Source: Spizellomyces punctatus DAOM BR117
Lineage: Eukaryota
NCBI GenBank assembly: GCA_000182565.2
Contig: KQ257457.1
Length of the DNA: 64,000 bases
Strand: one strand, 5' to 3'
Part shown: in pieces, positions 63,301-64,000 of the stretch
Position numbering within the stretch: the stretch's first letter is position 1
Layout: each line of letters starts with the position of its first letter
Position numbers and translations under genes: made by a program
Notes under the pieces: model-generated
Told to the model about the DNA's origin: nothing
The model's input: the letters and a program-made list of their open reading frames with translations, nothing else
Databases searched by the model: none

Positions 63301-64000
63301 CATTCGTATCTAGTTAACCAGACATCTTTCTAGCAAGTATATTTACCGTTCAGCATCATGTTTAGCAAATCCTTAGCATCGGTGGGTTGCTCTCGTCTTG
63401 TCTTTACAATCTGATCGCAAAGTTCGTGAATATACGCGATATCTTGGTGAAACTTACGCGTGGTACGAAACATAAGGCTTTGCTGGATAGGGACACGCTG
63501 CGAACGATGGCCGGCTTCGAGGAGAACGTTTACCATGGCTTCAACAAAGGGGTGCTGCGGAAAAAGTAACACTCGATGGGACTAGCTATTGACGCATCAC
63601 GGAAGCGTACAGAGACCCACCATTTCTTCGGTATAAAAAGAGTTGAACCGATAATCGAACGAACATAGAGCTAAGGTGTCGAGCGTCAATCTATATGGAA
63701 GAGTAAGTCCCAGCGTTATCATTGACCAAAGCCTAACCCACTTCCGCAACGTGCCTGGTGAAATCGTGAGCAGCATTGATCCTATAATCCTCTCCGAATC
63801 TTTCCCACTTTAAAATCAGCTGGGAGGCAATGTCGTGCATGTTTGGAAAAAGCGATCTAAGCTTAGCCGGGCTGAAAGCTGGCATCAAAATCTGGTGCGC
63901 GAGCGCCCAATTCTGTATTATGGCAGTCAAATGAGCACCAGTCAGTTCACTTCTTTCCCTTGGACAAAGCCTTGTCTGCCACTTACAGGCTCATCGTTAT
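60357..64000 (-). CDS. Self-sufficient cytochrome P450-NADPH reductase fusion (CYP505/CYP102 BM3-like); 5' end lies outside the window
   Basis: AGHETTSG, KETLR, PFGSGLRACIG (heme Cys); flavodoxin FGSNAG, SSYEGQPPDNA; RQYSISSS, GSGISPMRG, YFGCR, RYATDVF. Confidence 0.95.

Noticed and set aside
1-64000. CRISPR arrays, rRNA, tRNA or intact transposase/RT genes
   Set aside because: None seen; eukaryotic intron-containing genes account for most of the window

Overview
Eukaryotic, intron-rich fungal DNA, most likely from a flagellated chytrid (inferred from short GT-AG introns, fungal housekeeping genes and an axonemal-type dynein fragment). The left ~36 kb is a housekeeping block: DRS2 flippase 3' end, WDR59/MTC5, IST1, NPY1, a CBM21 PP1-targeting subunit, a GDSL-like secreted hydrolase, RMT2, eIF2-gamma, NST1, a RasGEF, RsfS/Iojap and seipin. 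Introns 1 and 2 of eIF2-gamma each carry a paralogous box C/D snoRNA. A head-to-head interstitial TTAGGG/CCCTAA junction at ~36.8-37.0 kb marks the switch to an accessory block that looks like a biosynthetic gene cluster. It holds a ~16 kb, four-module spliced NRPS ending in an FSH1/LovG-type serine hydrolase followed by an APH/choline-kinase-like phosphotransferase, a divergently transcribed ABCC exporter, and a self-sufficient CYP505 P450-reductase fusion. The NRPS shows three apparent frame breaks, whereas none was noticed in neighbouring genes. Exon boundaries were read by eye and are approximate.
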